A DNA stretch of 64,000 bases, taken from NCBI GenBank assembly GCA_963675495.1, contig OY776215.1:736001-800000 (forward strand). Reading direction: 5' to 3'. The notes below the pieces were generated by a model. It was not told the DNA's origin and did no database searches. It was given only the letters and a program-made list of their open reading frames with translations. The DNA comes from an uncultured Methanolobus sp. (GTDB lineage: Archaea; Halobacteriota; Methanosarcinia; Methanosarcinales; Methanosarcinaceae). The first letter of the stretch is position 1. Every line of letters starts with the position of its first letter. Below are positions 1-10,464 of this stretch, piece by piece. The translations under genes and the position numbers were made by a program.

Positions 1-119
1 ATGCGCATTTAAGTGCACAAATATAATGAGATTTAGGTTTTGAACATTAATTAATATATATTGTAATTTTAACATTCAAACACTTTTGTATAATTACAAA
101 AGAATACAGAACTATAGGG

Positions 120-2735
120 ATGATAAATATGAAGAATCGAACTAAATTGGGTTTATCTGTAATATCAATAATAGTATTGATCATGCTCTCAAGCGCAGCC
201 ATGGCCGCAAACAACAGCACTGGCAATCGCATATGGGATGCAGATGAAAATGTTTCTCTTGAATATACCTGGACAGCAATGAGCTATTCAGGATTCTATT
301 TCGATCTTGATTCAGGGGAAGGCTCTGAAACACTTACGATCAGATTGGATAGTGACAGTGACAGAAGTGTAGGTGATGGAGACCTTGAATACATAACAAC
401 TCCCATAGACACTGATTTTGAGCAGGGTGACTGGGGCTCCTATCAGGTAATCGGATTTATGGCAGAGAGATATTTCGCTGGCTATACTGATGACACCGAA
501 TTTACTAAAGATAGTGTAAGTCTGATATCTGACGGTAAACTCACAAAGGTCCTGCTTGATAATGATGATGAAATTTCACTTTATTCAGGCTCTTCCCTGA
601 TACTTGAAGAAGGATACGAATTGAATATAGTAGAAGTTGATATGAATGGGAACAGTGTCCTTGTAACCCTGGAAAAAGATGGGGAGGAACTGGACACGGA
701 TATTGTGTCTTCAGATGATGATTATGTATATGAGACTGACCTTGGAACTGACGACGATGTACCAATAATAGCAGTCCATTTCAACAATATCTTCCAGGGA
801 ACCGAAACAAATGCCATATTTGTTGAAGGAACATTCCAGATATCTGAGGACTATGTGGATGTTGAATCCGGTGATGAGTTCGGAAAGATGGAGATACAGG
901 CTCTTGGCTCAGATATGATCACAATGGAAAATTCAGATTCCATCAGTCTTGGAAGAGGCGATACGATCAGCATTATGGGTAAATTGAAGTTTCTGGTTGC
1001 AGATGACGACACACTGAGGTTCGGACCGATGCTGGACATGTCAGAACCAGGCACATATGAACTCAGAGGTACAGTTGCAGAAAATGAAGAGCTCGAATGG
1101 ACACCACTGAACTTCGAGGGTTTTTATTACAATATTGACGAAGGTGTGGGAACCGAATCCCTTGAGATAAAGGATCTTGGTGGCAGAACCATCGATGATG
1201 GAGACCTTGTTTACAGAAGTGTACCACTGGATGTCAGTTTTGAATATAATGACTGGGGAGAGTTCCAGGTTGTCGGTTTCCTTGCAGAGAAATACTTTGC
1301 CGGATATCCTGACAATGAATTTACAGATGATGTAAGCCTGCTTTCCGATGGTAAACTTTCAAAGGTGCTTATTGACGATGACAGTAAGACGTCCCTTTAC
1401 TCAGGTTCATCACTAATACTGGAAGACGGGTATGAGCTATACATAGTTGAAGTCGATCTTGACGGCAGCAGTGTGATGGTAAATCTTGCACAAAATGGAG
1501 ATGATGTTGACACAGGAATTGTTTCCTCAGATGACGATTACGTCTACGAGAAAGATATTGGCACAACCGATGATGTACCAATTATAGTTGTTCACTTTGA
1601 TGAGATATTCAGAGGAACCGAAACAAATGCTATATTTGTTGAAGGTATTTTCCAGATATCAGAAGACATGGTTGAAATAGCAGACAATGAAAAGTTCGGA
1701 GAGATGGAAGTCACCAGCTTCTCATCAGACCAGATAGTCTTGGAAAATGAAGACTCTATATCACTTACAAGAGGGAATGATATCGATATCATGGGAAATA
1801 TTGCATTTAAGGTTGCAGATTCCGGCGATGTCCGTTACTATCCATTTGTAGAAGTATCCACACTACCCTCCGAGTCACTTTCCATAGAATTGCCTGCTGT
1901 AATAGAACAGGATACAGAAATTGAAATCGAAGTTACTTCAAGGGGTGCATCCGTCAATAACGCCGTTGTAATGTTCGGTAATGAGGAAATCGGACAGACA
2001 TCAACTAGCGGAATGATATCCTACACCCCGGAAAATGCAGGCTTTTTCACTGTTACTGCTGAAAAAGAAGATTATGTTTCTGCAAGCAAAAAAGTTGAAG
2101 TGATCTCACCTGAGGATGCAAGCAGGAAACTGGTCATAGAAGTAACTCCGGAAACAGTCGTTGAGCAAAATACAATAACTATCTCTGTGATCACGGCTAT
2201 CGGCGGAGACCCTGTTGAAGATGTGCAGCTTTATTATGACAATAAGCTCATAGGCAGCACAGATTCTGATGGCATGCTTACATACACTGTAAAGGAAACA
2301 GGGATGCATAAACTGACCTCTGCATCAGATGAGTATCTTGAGGCTGAGCTCAACCTTGAAGTTCTTGAATTGACAGCAAAGTTCTCATACTCCAATTTGC
2401 AGGTCACACCCCTTCTTGTAAAGACCGGAGAAGAGGCCACTGTTACAGTTGATGTTATGAACACAGGCACCGCAGCAGGTGATACTGATGTGAAGCTGCT
2501 CATTAATGGAACCGTTGCAGATTCAAAGAGTGTATCACTGGATGAAGGAGAAGAAACCAGCGTTACTTTTAGTGCTTCACAGGAAGAAGCAGGTACCTAT
2601 GAAATACAGGTTGGCAGCTCTACAACGATCTTAGAAGTTGAAAAGAGCTCCATTCCTGCACCAGGTATCATTGCATCAGTAATGGCAGTGCTGGCTGTTG
2701 CCCTGTTGATACGCAGGAATGAAAGAAAAGACTGA
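120..2735 (+). CDS. Methanosarcinales S-layer domain protein (two DUF1608 repeats, Ig-like/CARDB-like C-terminal domains, PGF-CTERM-like anchor)
   Basis: Signal peptide; two homologous repeats (YSGFYFDLD/FEGFYYNID, VIGFMAERYFAGY/VVGFLAEKYFAGY); C-terminal IPAPG + hydrophobic helix + RR. Confidence 0.9.
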   Translation: MINMKNRTKLGLSVISIIVLIMLSSAAMAANNSTGNRIWDADENVSLEYTWTAMSYSGFYFDLDSGEGSETLTIRLDSDSDRSVGDGDLEYITTPIDTDFEQGDWGSYQVIGFMAERYFAGYTDDTEFTKDSVSLISDGKLTKVLLDNDDEISLYSGSSLILEEGYELNIVEVDMNGNSVLVTLEKDGEELDTDIVSSDDDYVYETDLGTDDDVPIIAVHFNNIFQGTETNAIFVEGTFQISEDYVDVESGDEFGKMEIQALGSDMITMENSDSISLGRGDTISIMGKLKFLVADDDTLRFGPMLDMSEPGTYELRGTVAENEELEWTPLNFEGFYYNIDEGVGTESLEIKDLGGRTIDDGDLVYRSVPLDVSFEYNDWGEFQVVGFLAEKYFAGYPDNEFTDDVSLLSDGKLSKVLIDDDSKTSLYSGSSLILEDGYELYIVEVDLDGSSVMVNLAQNGDDVDTGIVSSDDDYVYEKDIGTTDDVPIIVVHFDEIFRGTETNAIFVEGIFQISEDMVEIADNEKFGEMEVTSFSSDQIVLENEDSISLTRGNDIDIMGNIAFKVADSGDVRYYPFVEVSTLPSESLSIELPAVIEQDTEIEIEVTSRGASVNNAVVMFGNEEIGQTSTSGMISYTPENAGFFTVTAEKEDYVSASKKVEVISPEDASRKLVIEVTPETVVEQNTITISVITAIGGDPVEDVQLYYDNKLIGSTDSDGMLTYTVKETGMHKLTSASDEYLEAELNLEVLELTAKFSYSNLQVTPLLVKTGEEATVTVDVMNTGTAAGDTDVKLLINGTVADSKSVSLDEGEETSVTFSASQEEAGTYEIQVGSSTTILEVEKSSIPAPGIIASVMAVLAVALLIRRNERKD

Positions 2736-2756
2736 AATAAGCAATTTACTTAAAAA

Positions 2757-2792
2757 GTACCTGCACAAAAAGCAGGTACACATTCTTTTTTA
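2757..2792 (+). terminator. Hairpin plus T-tract after S-layer gene
   Basis: GTACCTGC-acaaaaa-GCAGGTAC followed by cattctttttt. Confidence 0.6.
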
Positions 2793-2963
2793 TCGATTAC
2801 TGATTTAATTTCCTTTTTCAGGAAAGACTATTGTAAAGCTGTCAGAATACTTCGTGCAACCACCCTCATTTTTATTTTGATACAGAGAAACTTAAGTACT
2901 GGATTATTAATATACTATTCAGCCGAAGATATTGTAGTATCTGACACACGAGAGGAAATAAAA

Positions 2964-3587
2964 ATGGAAGTAAGTTCTTATATATTTGACGTACTCTACA
3001 CATTCTCAGCGTCACTATTATACCCGGTAGTTATCACATTGATAATTCTGGCAATTTACTCCCTGATGCTTATTGGAGAGTTTGTCTCTGAATTTGCAAG
3101 GAGACACCGTGATATAGAAAATCTTGAACTTTGTTGTAACAGTACCCGTGAACATCTTAAAAATAATGATATAAAAAAGGCTTCCATTTCACTGCGTCTT
3201 GTCAAACAAAATTTCCTTGTGAAGGCCTTTGCAATTGATTCTGCAAACCATATTGAAAATAATAATCTTTCCTCAATAGAAAGACTTGCACAGGATTATG
3301 AAATAAAAATGGCTAAAAGACTTGAGCAAACAAGAATAGTAGCCACAATTTCTCCAATGGTTGGTCTTATGGGAACCCTGATCCCATTAGGACCTGCTCT
3401 TATTGGTTTGTCGCAGGGAGATATAGAACAGCTTGCAAATAACTTGATGATAGCCTTTGCCACAACGGTAATAGGATTGTTCGCTGGCAGTATCAGTTAC
3501 GTACTCACACAGGTGAGAAAAAGATGGTATTGGCAGGATATGGCTGATATAGATTACATTCTCAACACACTGGAGATCGGAGAATGA
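2964..3587 (+). CDS. MotA/TolQ/ExbB proton-channel family protein
   Basis: ISPMVGLMGTLIPLGPAL...AFATTVIGL motif; ATG at 2964 after GAGAGG. Confidence 0.88.
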   Translation: MEVSSYIFDVLYTFSASLLYPVVITLIILAIYSLMLIGEFVSEFARRHRDIENLELCCNSTREHLKNNDIKKASISLRLVKQNFLVKAFAIDSANHIENNNLSSIERLAQDYEIKMAKRLEQTRIVATISPMVGLMGTLIPLGPALIGLSQGDIEQLANNLMIAFATTVIGLFAGSISYVLTQVRKRWYWQDMADIDYILNTLEIGE

Positions 3588-3946
3588 AAAGAAGAAGAAG
3601 AAATCGAAGAGGGATTCTGAACAATGATGAGGAACAAAACCCTCTTACAGGAGTTGCCAACCTGTTTGACATTGCCATGGTATTCTCTGTAGCACTGCTG
3701 GTAGCTCTTGTAATGTCTTACCAGCTTCCTGAACTTCTCAGCCCCACAGATGATATCACCATTGTGAAAAATCCCGGAGAAAAAGACATGAAGATAATCA
3801 TCAAGGAAGAAGGAAAACCCATTGAAGTCCTTAACATGACAGATGAGATTGGTGGCGGAACCGGAGAGGCTTTGGGCACAGCTTACAGACTTGCTGATGG
3901 CAGGATAGTGTATGTGCCAGATGATGGAAATTCAACAGATGCCTGA
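3584..3946 (+). CDS. DUF2149 family membrane protein (ExbD-like partner)
   Basis: NPLTGVANLFDIAMVFSVALL and GTAYRLADGRIVYVP motifs; ATGA overlap with motA-like gene. Confidence 0.85.
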   Translation: MKRRRRNRRGILNNDEEQNPLTGVANLFDIAMVFSVALLVALVMSYQLPELLSPTDDITIVKNPGEKDMKIIIKEEGKPIEVLNMTDEIGGGTGEALGTAYRLADGRIVYVPDDGNSTDA

Positions 3947-3978
3947 AAACGAAGCAAAAGAAATGAACAGAAATATTA

Positions 3979-5712
3979 TCATTCCTTTTTTAGAATAGAT
4001 ATTCCATGGGCATCAAGCGGAACCTTTACGATCTTTTTTGAACCTGAATGTTCTACAAAGAACTCTTTTTCCATATCAAGAAGATCGACCATTCTGTCAC
4101 CAACGTTGTTGAGGTTTCCATCCACAACAATGTAATCGTCCCGTGGTTCAGAGTCCAGATTTAGAGTTATGAGTATCTCAGTAGTATCAAGTATCCGTGA
4201 ATATGCAAGTGTACATTTGCCACCACATGGAAAAGAAAAAACATTTCCATCAATTGACGTTTCCCTGAAATACTGTCTGCCGTAGCGCAGTGCAGACTCT
4301 GCTTTTCTGATCTTGGCAACTTCCGAGATACCGGCATAGATAGGATGCCATGTATCAAAGAAATGATATCCTGTTGTGCCAAATGCTCCCCATTTACCTC
4401 CAAACATGCACTCCCTTACACAAGCATCGTCATCACCACCACCATTGAAACCCTGTTCAGTTCCATAGTAGATACATGGAATGCCCTGGCTGGTGAGGAG
4501 ATAAGACATTGCAAGAACTGCCTGTTGATGGTAATTATTTGCATGCATAAAGCGTCTGTAAGGTCTTATCATCTGATAATGATTATCTACAAATATCACA
4601 AAATATCTGCCTGCTTCACCGTGGTCCGTATAAAGGTTTTTGAAAGCTTCATACCTGTTTCTAAGAACTGTTGGATCACTAAAGCCTTTAATAACCTCTT
4701 CAAGAACGAAATAAAGAGGAAAATCCAGTGCTGCATCCAGAGAAGGAAAACGCTCGTTGGTTCCGGGTATGCGACTGTTTCTTCCTATGTAGTTCTGTAT
4801 TGTAGAGTCATCCCCAACGATCTCACCGAAGATGAAGAAATTATGTTTGCCAATGGATTTAGCATATTCTTTTATTGAATTGCAGAAAATAGCTGTTGAA
4901 CTGGATTCAAGATGTTTCACCGTATCAATTCTGAATCCGTCAACATCTGTCTTCTTTATCCAGTATTTATAGACTTTTATAAGAGTATCAAGAACCTCAG
5001 GCTTACGCACATCAAGTTCTTTCAGCGTGAAGAAATCACCATTTACAGCCTGATCATGGTTGTTCCAATCCTGTATCTGACCCCTTCTTTTATAGCTTTC
5101 CGGGTCCTGTAATTCCCGCGGCCATACAGCATCATTGTCACCCAGAACAGATTTTGGATCTGCTTTTTGCCTGGAAGTTCTCCAGTACCCGAACTTGAAG
5201 GGACCTGGAGCATCCTGCCAGTAATAATACGGATGATCTTCAGGGTACGCCCAGTTGTCACCTGTGTGGTTGATTATAATATCAAGTATAACATACATGT
5301 CGCGACAATGAGCCTCTTTTACAAGATTCTGAAAATCGGCTGTGGTTCCAAATCTCTCATCAACTCTTAGGAAATCCTGTATGCCATAACCATGGTAACT
5401 ATCATCCATTTCCTGCCGGTTTCGGAATACAGGACTTAGCCATATGGCATTGGCACCCAGACGTTTGATGTAATCCAATCGTCTGGTAATACCTTTTATG
5501 TTACCTCCCTGGAATACCTTACCTTGAGAAGCATCAAGTTCCTGAGGCTTTATAGATGAATCATATACCTCATTGCCATCCTCATTATTATCAAATCGGT
5601 CCACAAGTAAAAAATAAATGAAAACGTCCCTCCAGTCAACAGGTGATGGAAAAACATTATCATCTGGTGTAAACTCTATATCGTCAACTGATCTAATTGC
5701 ATTATTCCCCAT
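3979..5712 (-). CDS. GH13 alpha-amylase family protein (region IV Asp replaced by Tyr)
   Basis: YHGY, DIIINH, DGFRIDTVKH, FGE, FVDNH(Y), GIPCIYYGTEQG motifs. Confidence 0.9.
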   Translation of the reverse strand: MGNNAIRSVDDIEFTPDDNVFPSPVDWRDVFIYFLLVDRFDNNEDGNEVYDSSIKPQELDASQGKVFQGGNIKGITRRLDYIKRLGANAIWLSPVFRNRQEMDDSYHGYGIQDFLRVDERFGTTADFQNLVKEAHCRDMYVILDIIINHTGDNWAYPEDHPYYYWQDAPGPFKFGYWRTSRQKADPKSVLGDNDAVWPRELQDPESYKRRGQIQDWNNHDQAVNGDFFTLKELDVRKPEVLDTLIKVYKYWIKKTDVDGFRIDTVKHLESSSTAIFCNSIKEYAKSIGKHNFFIFGEIVGDDSTIQNYIGRNSRIPGTNERFPSLDAALDFPLYFVLEEVIKGFSDPTVLRNRYEAFKNLYTDHGEAGRYFVIFVDNHYQMIRPYRRFMHANNYHQQAVLAMSYLLTSQGIPCIYYGTEQGFNGGGDDDACVRECMFGGKWGAFGTTGYHFFDTWHPIYAGISEVAKIRKAESALRYGRQYFRETSIDGNVFSFPCGGKCTLAYSRILDTTEILITLNLDSEPRDDYIVVDGNLNNVGDRMVDLLDMEKEFFVEHSGSKKIVKVPLDAHGISILKKE

Positions 5713-5798
5713 ATATATCCCGATGGACTATTCGCTTGTGAGTCATATAAAAGTTTTCACCCCGAATTTAATTTTGAATACTTGGCTATTTCCTTATT

Positions 5799-7214
5799 CT
5801 ATTTACGGCCAAAGTAAAAGACCCCTATACCTGCCCAGAATAACATGATAAACGATGTCAGAATAAGCATCGGCATTGGACCAAAATAGAATATTAAGGG
5901 TACAGAGGCAGCTGTGAATATCCCACCGCCCACGATGGGTTCAAAAAGCAGCTGTTTATAACCAAATCCTTCAAGGGCAGGAGACCTTGAAGCAGGATCG
6001 GCTATTCTCATTAACAACAGACCACTGGCTGTCATTCCCATGGACTGACCGAAATTACCTATGCTCCTTTCGAACCAGTATGAAGGCATCATTTTTGGTC
6101 CAAGATATAAGAACGCTATCAGGTTCCATCCAATTCCAACCGTTGCAAGTATGAGGAAAGGCATCAGATTGTTTCCGATAACTGTCAAGGACAATGTAGC
6201 TATTGCACTGGTTATCAGAATGTCAAGAGATAATCCCTGTATCCTCATCATAAGATCCCTGTCCAGGGTATGGTACGAGTCAAACTTATCAAGGAAGATC
6301 TGCAGTATGATGCCTCCAATCATCGCGAGAGGAAAAAGAGGAACATGAGCAAGCAAATATATTCCCGTTACCTTGCCCCATGTAATGGCCTCTATCCAAA
6401 TCACTGCCTGAAGGATCAAATACCCGATCCCTATGGCAACTCCCACATATGCAAAATGTAATGAAAGCGGCTCGATGGATTCTGGTCTTGTGGTGATCTT
6501 TCCGGCAGATTCTCTTGAATCGAAATCAATTATACCTTTCTGATAGGTTTCATTAAGGGATATCTGGGATTGGTCTTTCAGCACACCTGTTTTTCCGGAC
6601 CTTACACCATAGTTCAAAAGTACGATCCCAAGAATGACACCAAAGAGGATGCCCACTGTTGCAAGACCAAGTGCAAGGTCTGTTGCATCTGAAAATCCAA
6701 GTTCTTCAAAAGTCCCGGTCATCCCGGCTGCAGTACCATGTCCACCTTCAAATGATATTTCTATAAGTGCACCTGCCATCGGGTCCATTCCAAAAAAAGG
6801 ACTCAGTATCAGAATCGTGGCCAATATGCCGAACACATACTGACCCCATGCTATGGTCTGTCCGTGGGCAATTTGGGGTCCTGCCAGGAGCCATATGTCT
6901 TTTATAGATGGTAATTTTTTCCCAAGAAAAAGTGTTGCAAATATGATATTTATGAAAATCCCTGGCAGAGTGGTCCACGCATCAAGCATCTCTTCTGGAA
7001 ATATCCCTCCTGAAAGGAACGTACCGGTATCTCCTATCCATGAGATCAAATAACCCAGGACCTCAGGTCCAAGAAATAAAGCCAAAAATCCCCCGATAAG
7101 AGAACTGGGTATGAAAAGCTTTTGGATGGGAGGTGACATAACCCTTATCCATTTTCCAAGAAGCAGGATGACACCAAGTACGAGAAAGCTCATTCCAATC
7201 ATTGCAGCCGACAT
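5799..7214 (-). CDS. gltS: Sodium/glutamate symporter (GltS/ESS family)
   Basis: Polytopic membrane protein with EISFEGGHGTAAG motif. Confidence 0.8.
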   Translation of the reverse strand: MSAAMIGMSFLVLGVILLLGKWIRVMSPPIQKLFIPSSLIGGFLALFLGPEVLGYLISWIGDTGTFLSGGIFPEEMLDAWTTLPGIFINIIFATLFLGKKLPSIKDIWLLAGPQIAHGQTIAWGQYVFGILATILILSPFFGMDPMAGALIEISFEGGHGTAAGMTGTFEELGFSDATDLALGLATVGILFGVILGIVLLNYGVRSGKTGVLKDQSQISLNETYQKGIIDFDSRESAGKITTRPESIEPLSLHFAYVGVAIGIGYLILQAVIWIEAITWGKVTGIYLLAHVPLFPLAMIGGIILQIFLDKFDSYHTLDRDLMMRIQGLSLDILITSAIATLSLTVIGNNLMPFLILATVGIGWNLIAFLYLGPKMMPSYWFERSIGNFGQSMGMTASGLLLMRIADPASRSPALEGFGYKQLLFEPIVGGGIFTAASVPLIFYFGPMPMLILTSFIMLFWAGIGVFYFGRK

Positions 7215-7307
7215 TAGATTAACTCCACTTACCTTTTCAAAATCAGAATAAAAGGCAACGACTCATTTTTGTCTGGAACGATATATACACTTTTGCTTTG
7301 ATGTTAA

Positions 7308-7532
7308 TCATTTCTTAGCAGTGCTGAAACCTATAAGAGAATATGGCGTGCAGTGACGAGTAATAGAAGTATACAGCCCTACAAAAGCAATAATAGCAAG
7401 TATCCAGTTCCAGATGCCCGGACCCACAAGATCCATTGCCAGGACAGTTATTGCTATCGAACCGAAAAGTGCTCTGAACATAAGGTCGAAGCCTCCCACG
7501 TTCTCCTGAAGGAATAGTTCTTTTATATCCAT
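7308..7532 (-). CDS. DUF2892 (YgaP-like) small membrane protein
   Basis: NVGGFDLMFR start, two TM helices, C-terminal HCTPY; ATG at 7532 after GGGAGTG. Confidence 0.8.
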   Translation of the reverse strand: MDIKELFLQENVGGFDLMFRALFGSIAITVLAMDLVGPGIWNWILAIIAFVGLYTSITRHCTPYSLIGFSTAKK

Positions 7533-7722
7533 ATTTTCACTCCCGTTATTGATGATCTGGACAGAAACAATTGTAGGTTTGTGTTTAGTAAACACTGAAA
7601 AATATGAAAGAACTTACAGATAAAGGAATCTGATGAATGATATGGTTCCTTTATTTCCAAAACCTTTATCCTTATAAACTAGTACAATCTAATTATTAGT
7701 ATTAATTATAGGGTGGGAGTTT

Positions 7723-8220
7723 ATGAAAACATTAGTAACATATATGACAAAGACAGGAAACACAAAAAGAATCGCAGAAGCTATTTATGGGGAAATTGCT
7801 GGTGAAAAGGATATTAAAGACATCAAAGACGTAAGCAACCTTGAGGGCTATGACCTGGTATTTGTGGGATTCCCAGTAATGCAGTTCAATGTTCCTGAGA
7901 ATGTTACAAAATTCGTCTCAGAGAACGTGGCTGGTAAGAACATAGCATTCTTCATGACCCATGCTGTTCCTGAAGGAACTCCTGCCATTCATTCATGGAC
8001 TTGTTCCTGCACTGATCTTGCAGCCAGTGGTAATTATCTTGGTATATTTGAATGCCAGGGTGAACTTGCACAACCAATTATTGATATGCTGTCAAAGTCT
8101 GATGACCCTCAGATGAAAGCATTTGCTGAAATGGGGCCTTCTACAAAAGGTCAGCCTGATGAATCCCGTGTTCAGAAAGCAAGGGAATTCGCAAAGGAAA
8201 TTCAGGCAAAAATCCAGTGA
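7723..8220 (+). CDS. Flavodoxin family protein
   Basis: TKTGNTKRIAEAI FMN-binding loop; YDLVFVGFP. Confidence 0.85.
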   Translation: MKTLVTYMTKTGNTKRIAEAIYGEIAGEKDIKDIKDVSNLEGYDLVFVGFPVMQFNVPENVTKFVSENVAGKNIAFFMTHAVPEGTPAIHSWTCSCTDLAASGNYLGIFECQGELAQPIIDMLSKSDDPQMKAFAEMGPSTKGQPDESRVQKAREFAKEIQAKIQ

Positions 8221-8266
8221 CCGGATATCTCTGAAAGTGTTTACAAGCTGACTTTTAAAATGGAGA

Positions 8267-8932
8267 GTGGTAATTATGAAAATATTAGGAGTATCAGGTT
8301 CACCTATCAAAAACAGCAATACTGATCGTGCCCTAATGGTAGCGCTTGAAGCAACAGGTATGGATTATGAATATATTAAACTGATCGATTATACCGTTGC
8401 TCCCTGCAAGGCCTGTCTGGGATGCGTAAAGACAAATGTCTGTGTGATAAAAGATGATGGTATTGCTTTGGCAGAAAAAGCCAAGGAAGCAGATGCTCTT
8501 ATTATTGCAGGTTTTACACCATATTCCACCCTTGATTCACGTACAAAGGCATTCATTGAAAGGCTCTACCCACTCCGCCACATACACGGATTCATGAAGG
8601 GAAAGCCAGGCGGGGCCATAGTCACATGTGCAGTCCCGAAGGACTCTTTTATGTTGCCACCTGCATGTGATAACGGCCTCAATGCTATCTCATATTACAT
8701 GATGGAAGAAGGGATGGAGTCAATAGGTTCTGTTAGGGTCCTTGGAAATAACCCCTGCGTGAGATGCAAATTTGGAGACGAATGTGACATGAGCGGCATC
8801 AAGATGATGTTCGGTCCGGATGCGACTAAAGCGTCCGCAGGAATAAATAGCTTTGAAGAACAGCCTGAAGCTGTCGCTGCCGCAAAAGAACTGGGCCAAA
8901 AGATTGCAGAATACCTGAAGTCAAAAGAATAA
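8267..8932 (+). CDS. Iron-sulfur flavoprotein / NADPH-dependent FMN reductase family
   Basis: GSPIKNSNT, CKACLGCVKTNVC cluster motif, extra CVRCKFGDEC. Confidence 0.85.
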   Translation: MVIMKILGVSGSPIKNSNTDRALMVALEATGMDYEYIKLIDYTVAPCKACLGCVKTNVCVIKDDGIALAEKAKEADALIIAGFTPYSTLDSRTKAFIERLYPLRHIHGFMKGKPGGAIVTCAVPKDSFMLPPACDNGLNAISYYMMEEGMESIGSVRVLGNNPCVRCKFGDECDMSGIKMMFGPDATKASAGINSFEEQPEAVAAAKELGQKIAEYLKSKE

Positions 8933-9012
8933 ATTTGAAATTGACTTCAACATATATTTTTTATAGAAAGTAAGTGACAAAAGAAATAGTATTTGAATGT
9001 TCATGAGGGATT

Positions 9013-9357
9013 ATGAATATGGGTTTAGATGAACACGCCATAAAAAAACAGAAACTCATCAAACAGATGGAAGAAGCGGGTAAAAAAAGAAACCCTTCGG
9101 AAGATCATGCAGTTGCTTTAAAAACACTTCAAAACCCAACACGCAGGAAAATACTCGAATTTATGAAGGATGGCCCAAAAAGTCTTGACCAAATAAAAGA
9201 AGCATATAATCTAAACAACATGCAGGCAAGACTTAATCTCGATATGCTGGAAGATTCATTCTATATTGTCAAGACCGATTCACCTTACAAGATCATCTAT
9301 GAACTAACGATCAGAGGGGATGCATTCTTAGAGAATGTTAAAACAGGTGGGAAATGA
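9013..9357 (+). CDS. ArsR-type winged-helix protein
   Basis: ALKTLQNPTRRKILEFM...GPKS; C-terminal YELTIRG wing. Confidence 0.75.
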   Translation: MNMGLDEHAIKKQKLIKQMEEAGKKRNPSEDHAVALKTLQNPTRRKILEFMKDGPKSLDQIKEAYNLNNMQARLNLDMLEDSFYIVKTDSPYKIIYELTIRGDAFLENVKTGGK

Positions 9358-9520
9358 ATTGGCAAAAAAATGCAGACCTGAATACTGGATGTTCGGTCAT
9401 CATATGGGCGAAATAAATTACTGCAGATCAATTTCCCAACCATAACTGCCCATTTTTCAAACATTCTTTTTTTTATCGTTATACATTATAATAGTATACA
9501 ACACTTACTTTTAAATTAGC

Positions 9521-10273
9521 TCAATTCTCATCAGGAATAAGGACCGAATACATCTCACTGACACTTTCCATTACTTTGAAGCCTTTACTTGTGATCATAT
9601 AGTCACCCCTCTCATGTTGCTGGATTATCATTCCGGTATCTGAGAGTTTCTGCAGGTGGAACAAAAGGTTTCCTCCACGAAGACCTGTAAGCTTGGAAAG
9701 GAAAGAAAAGCTCATTGACTGAGCAGAGACTGCCTTTAATATTTCAAAGCGCTTGGGATGACAGAGAGGGTCAAGCACATCATGGATCACTGATTGTGAT
9801 GGGATATGGGATATGTCCTGTTTGCTGTCCTTCTTTGTTTCATATATCCTCAAAGACTGCATTAGATTGACCTGTTTTTCGAAAAGGTCTGTAACTTCAG
9901 AGAAGCAGATGTCACATTTATCATAGGGCATGCCTTTCCTTAAAGTTTTGATCTCAGTACGTTTGTTATCAAGGAGTTCACTATCTACTGAAGGCTGCTT
10001 GATAAGTGATGCGTTCTTCTTTAGCATATCTGTGAAAACAGGCCTACACTTATCAAGGCGGTCACATTTTTTGACCATGTTCTTTGAAAGCCCTATCTCT
10101 GTATCGGCAATAAGGTGCTTTTCCAGAACATTTGAATAGTCACTTCTGACAAAAGCCAGAATTGATTCAAGGTGCTGCCTATTGGAATCTTCAATAAATG
10201 TCCTGATATCCCTGTGAATTTCATCGAGCTTTAATTTGACATCGTCAATCTCAGAATCAGATTTTTCATTCAT
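9521..10273 (-). CDS. Cys-containing ArsR-type winged-helix regulator
   Basis: C-terminal DPLCHPKRFEILK...GGNLLFHLQKL...GDYMITSKG; N-terminal CDRLDKC and CDIC. Confidence 0.8.
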   Translation of the reverse strand: MNEKSDSEIDDVKLKLDEIHRDIRTFIEDSNRQHLESILAFVRSDYSNVLEKHLIADTEIGLSKNMVKKCDRLDKCRPVFTDMLKKNASLIKQPSVDSELLDNKRTEIKTLRKGMPYDKCDICFSEVTDLFEKQVNLMQSLRIYETKKDSKQDISHIPSQSVIHDVLDPLCHPKRFEILKAVSAQSMSFSFLSKLTGLRGGNLLFHLQKLSDTGMIIQQHERGDYMITSKGFKVMESVSEMYSVLIPDEN

Positions 10274-10464
10274 ACCATGGAATTTATGTGCATACTTTAT
10301 AAAGGTACCTACTGAGACTTTAAGGGTCATTAGAGTTACCCGTGTGTAGTAAGTATAGTGCAGTGCCGATTAAGTATATATGAATAACCGTCTATTTACT
10401 ATTGTGGTTCAATGTCTTCGATGGACATTCAACCACAAAAAACGGCATAAAGGAGTTAAAAAAT

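Noticed and set aside
5700-5801. Pyrrolysine read-through of the gltS TAG fusing it to the amylase
   Set aside because: The read-through frame differs from the amylase frame and stops within about 30 codons
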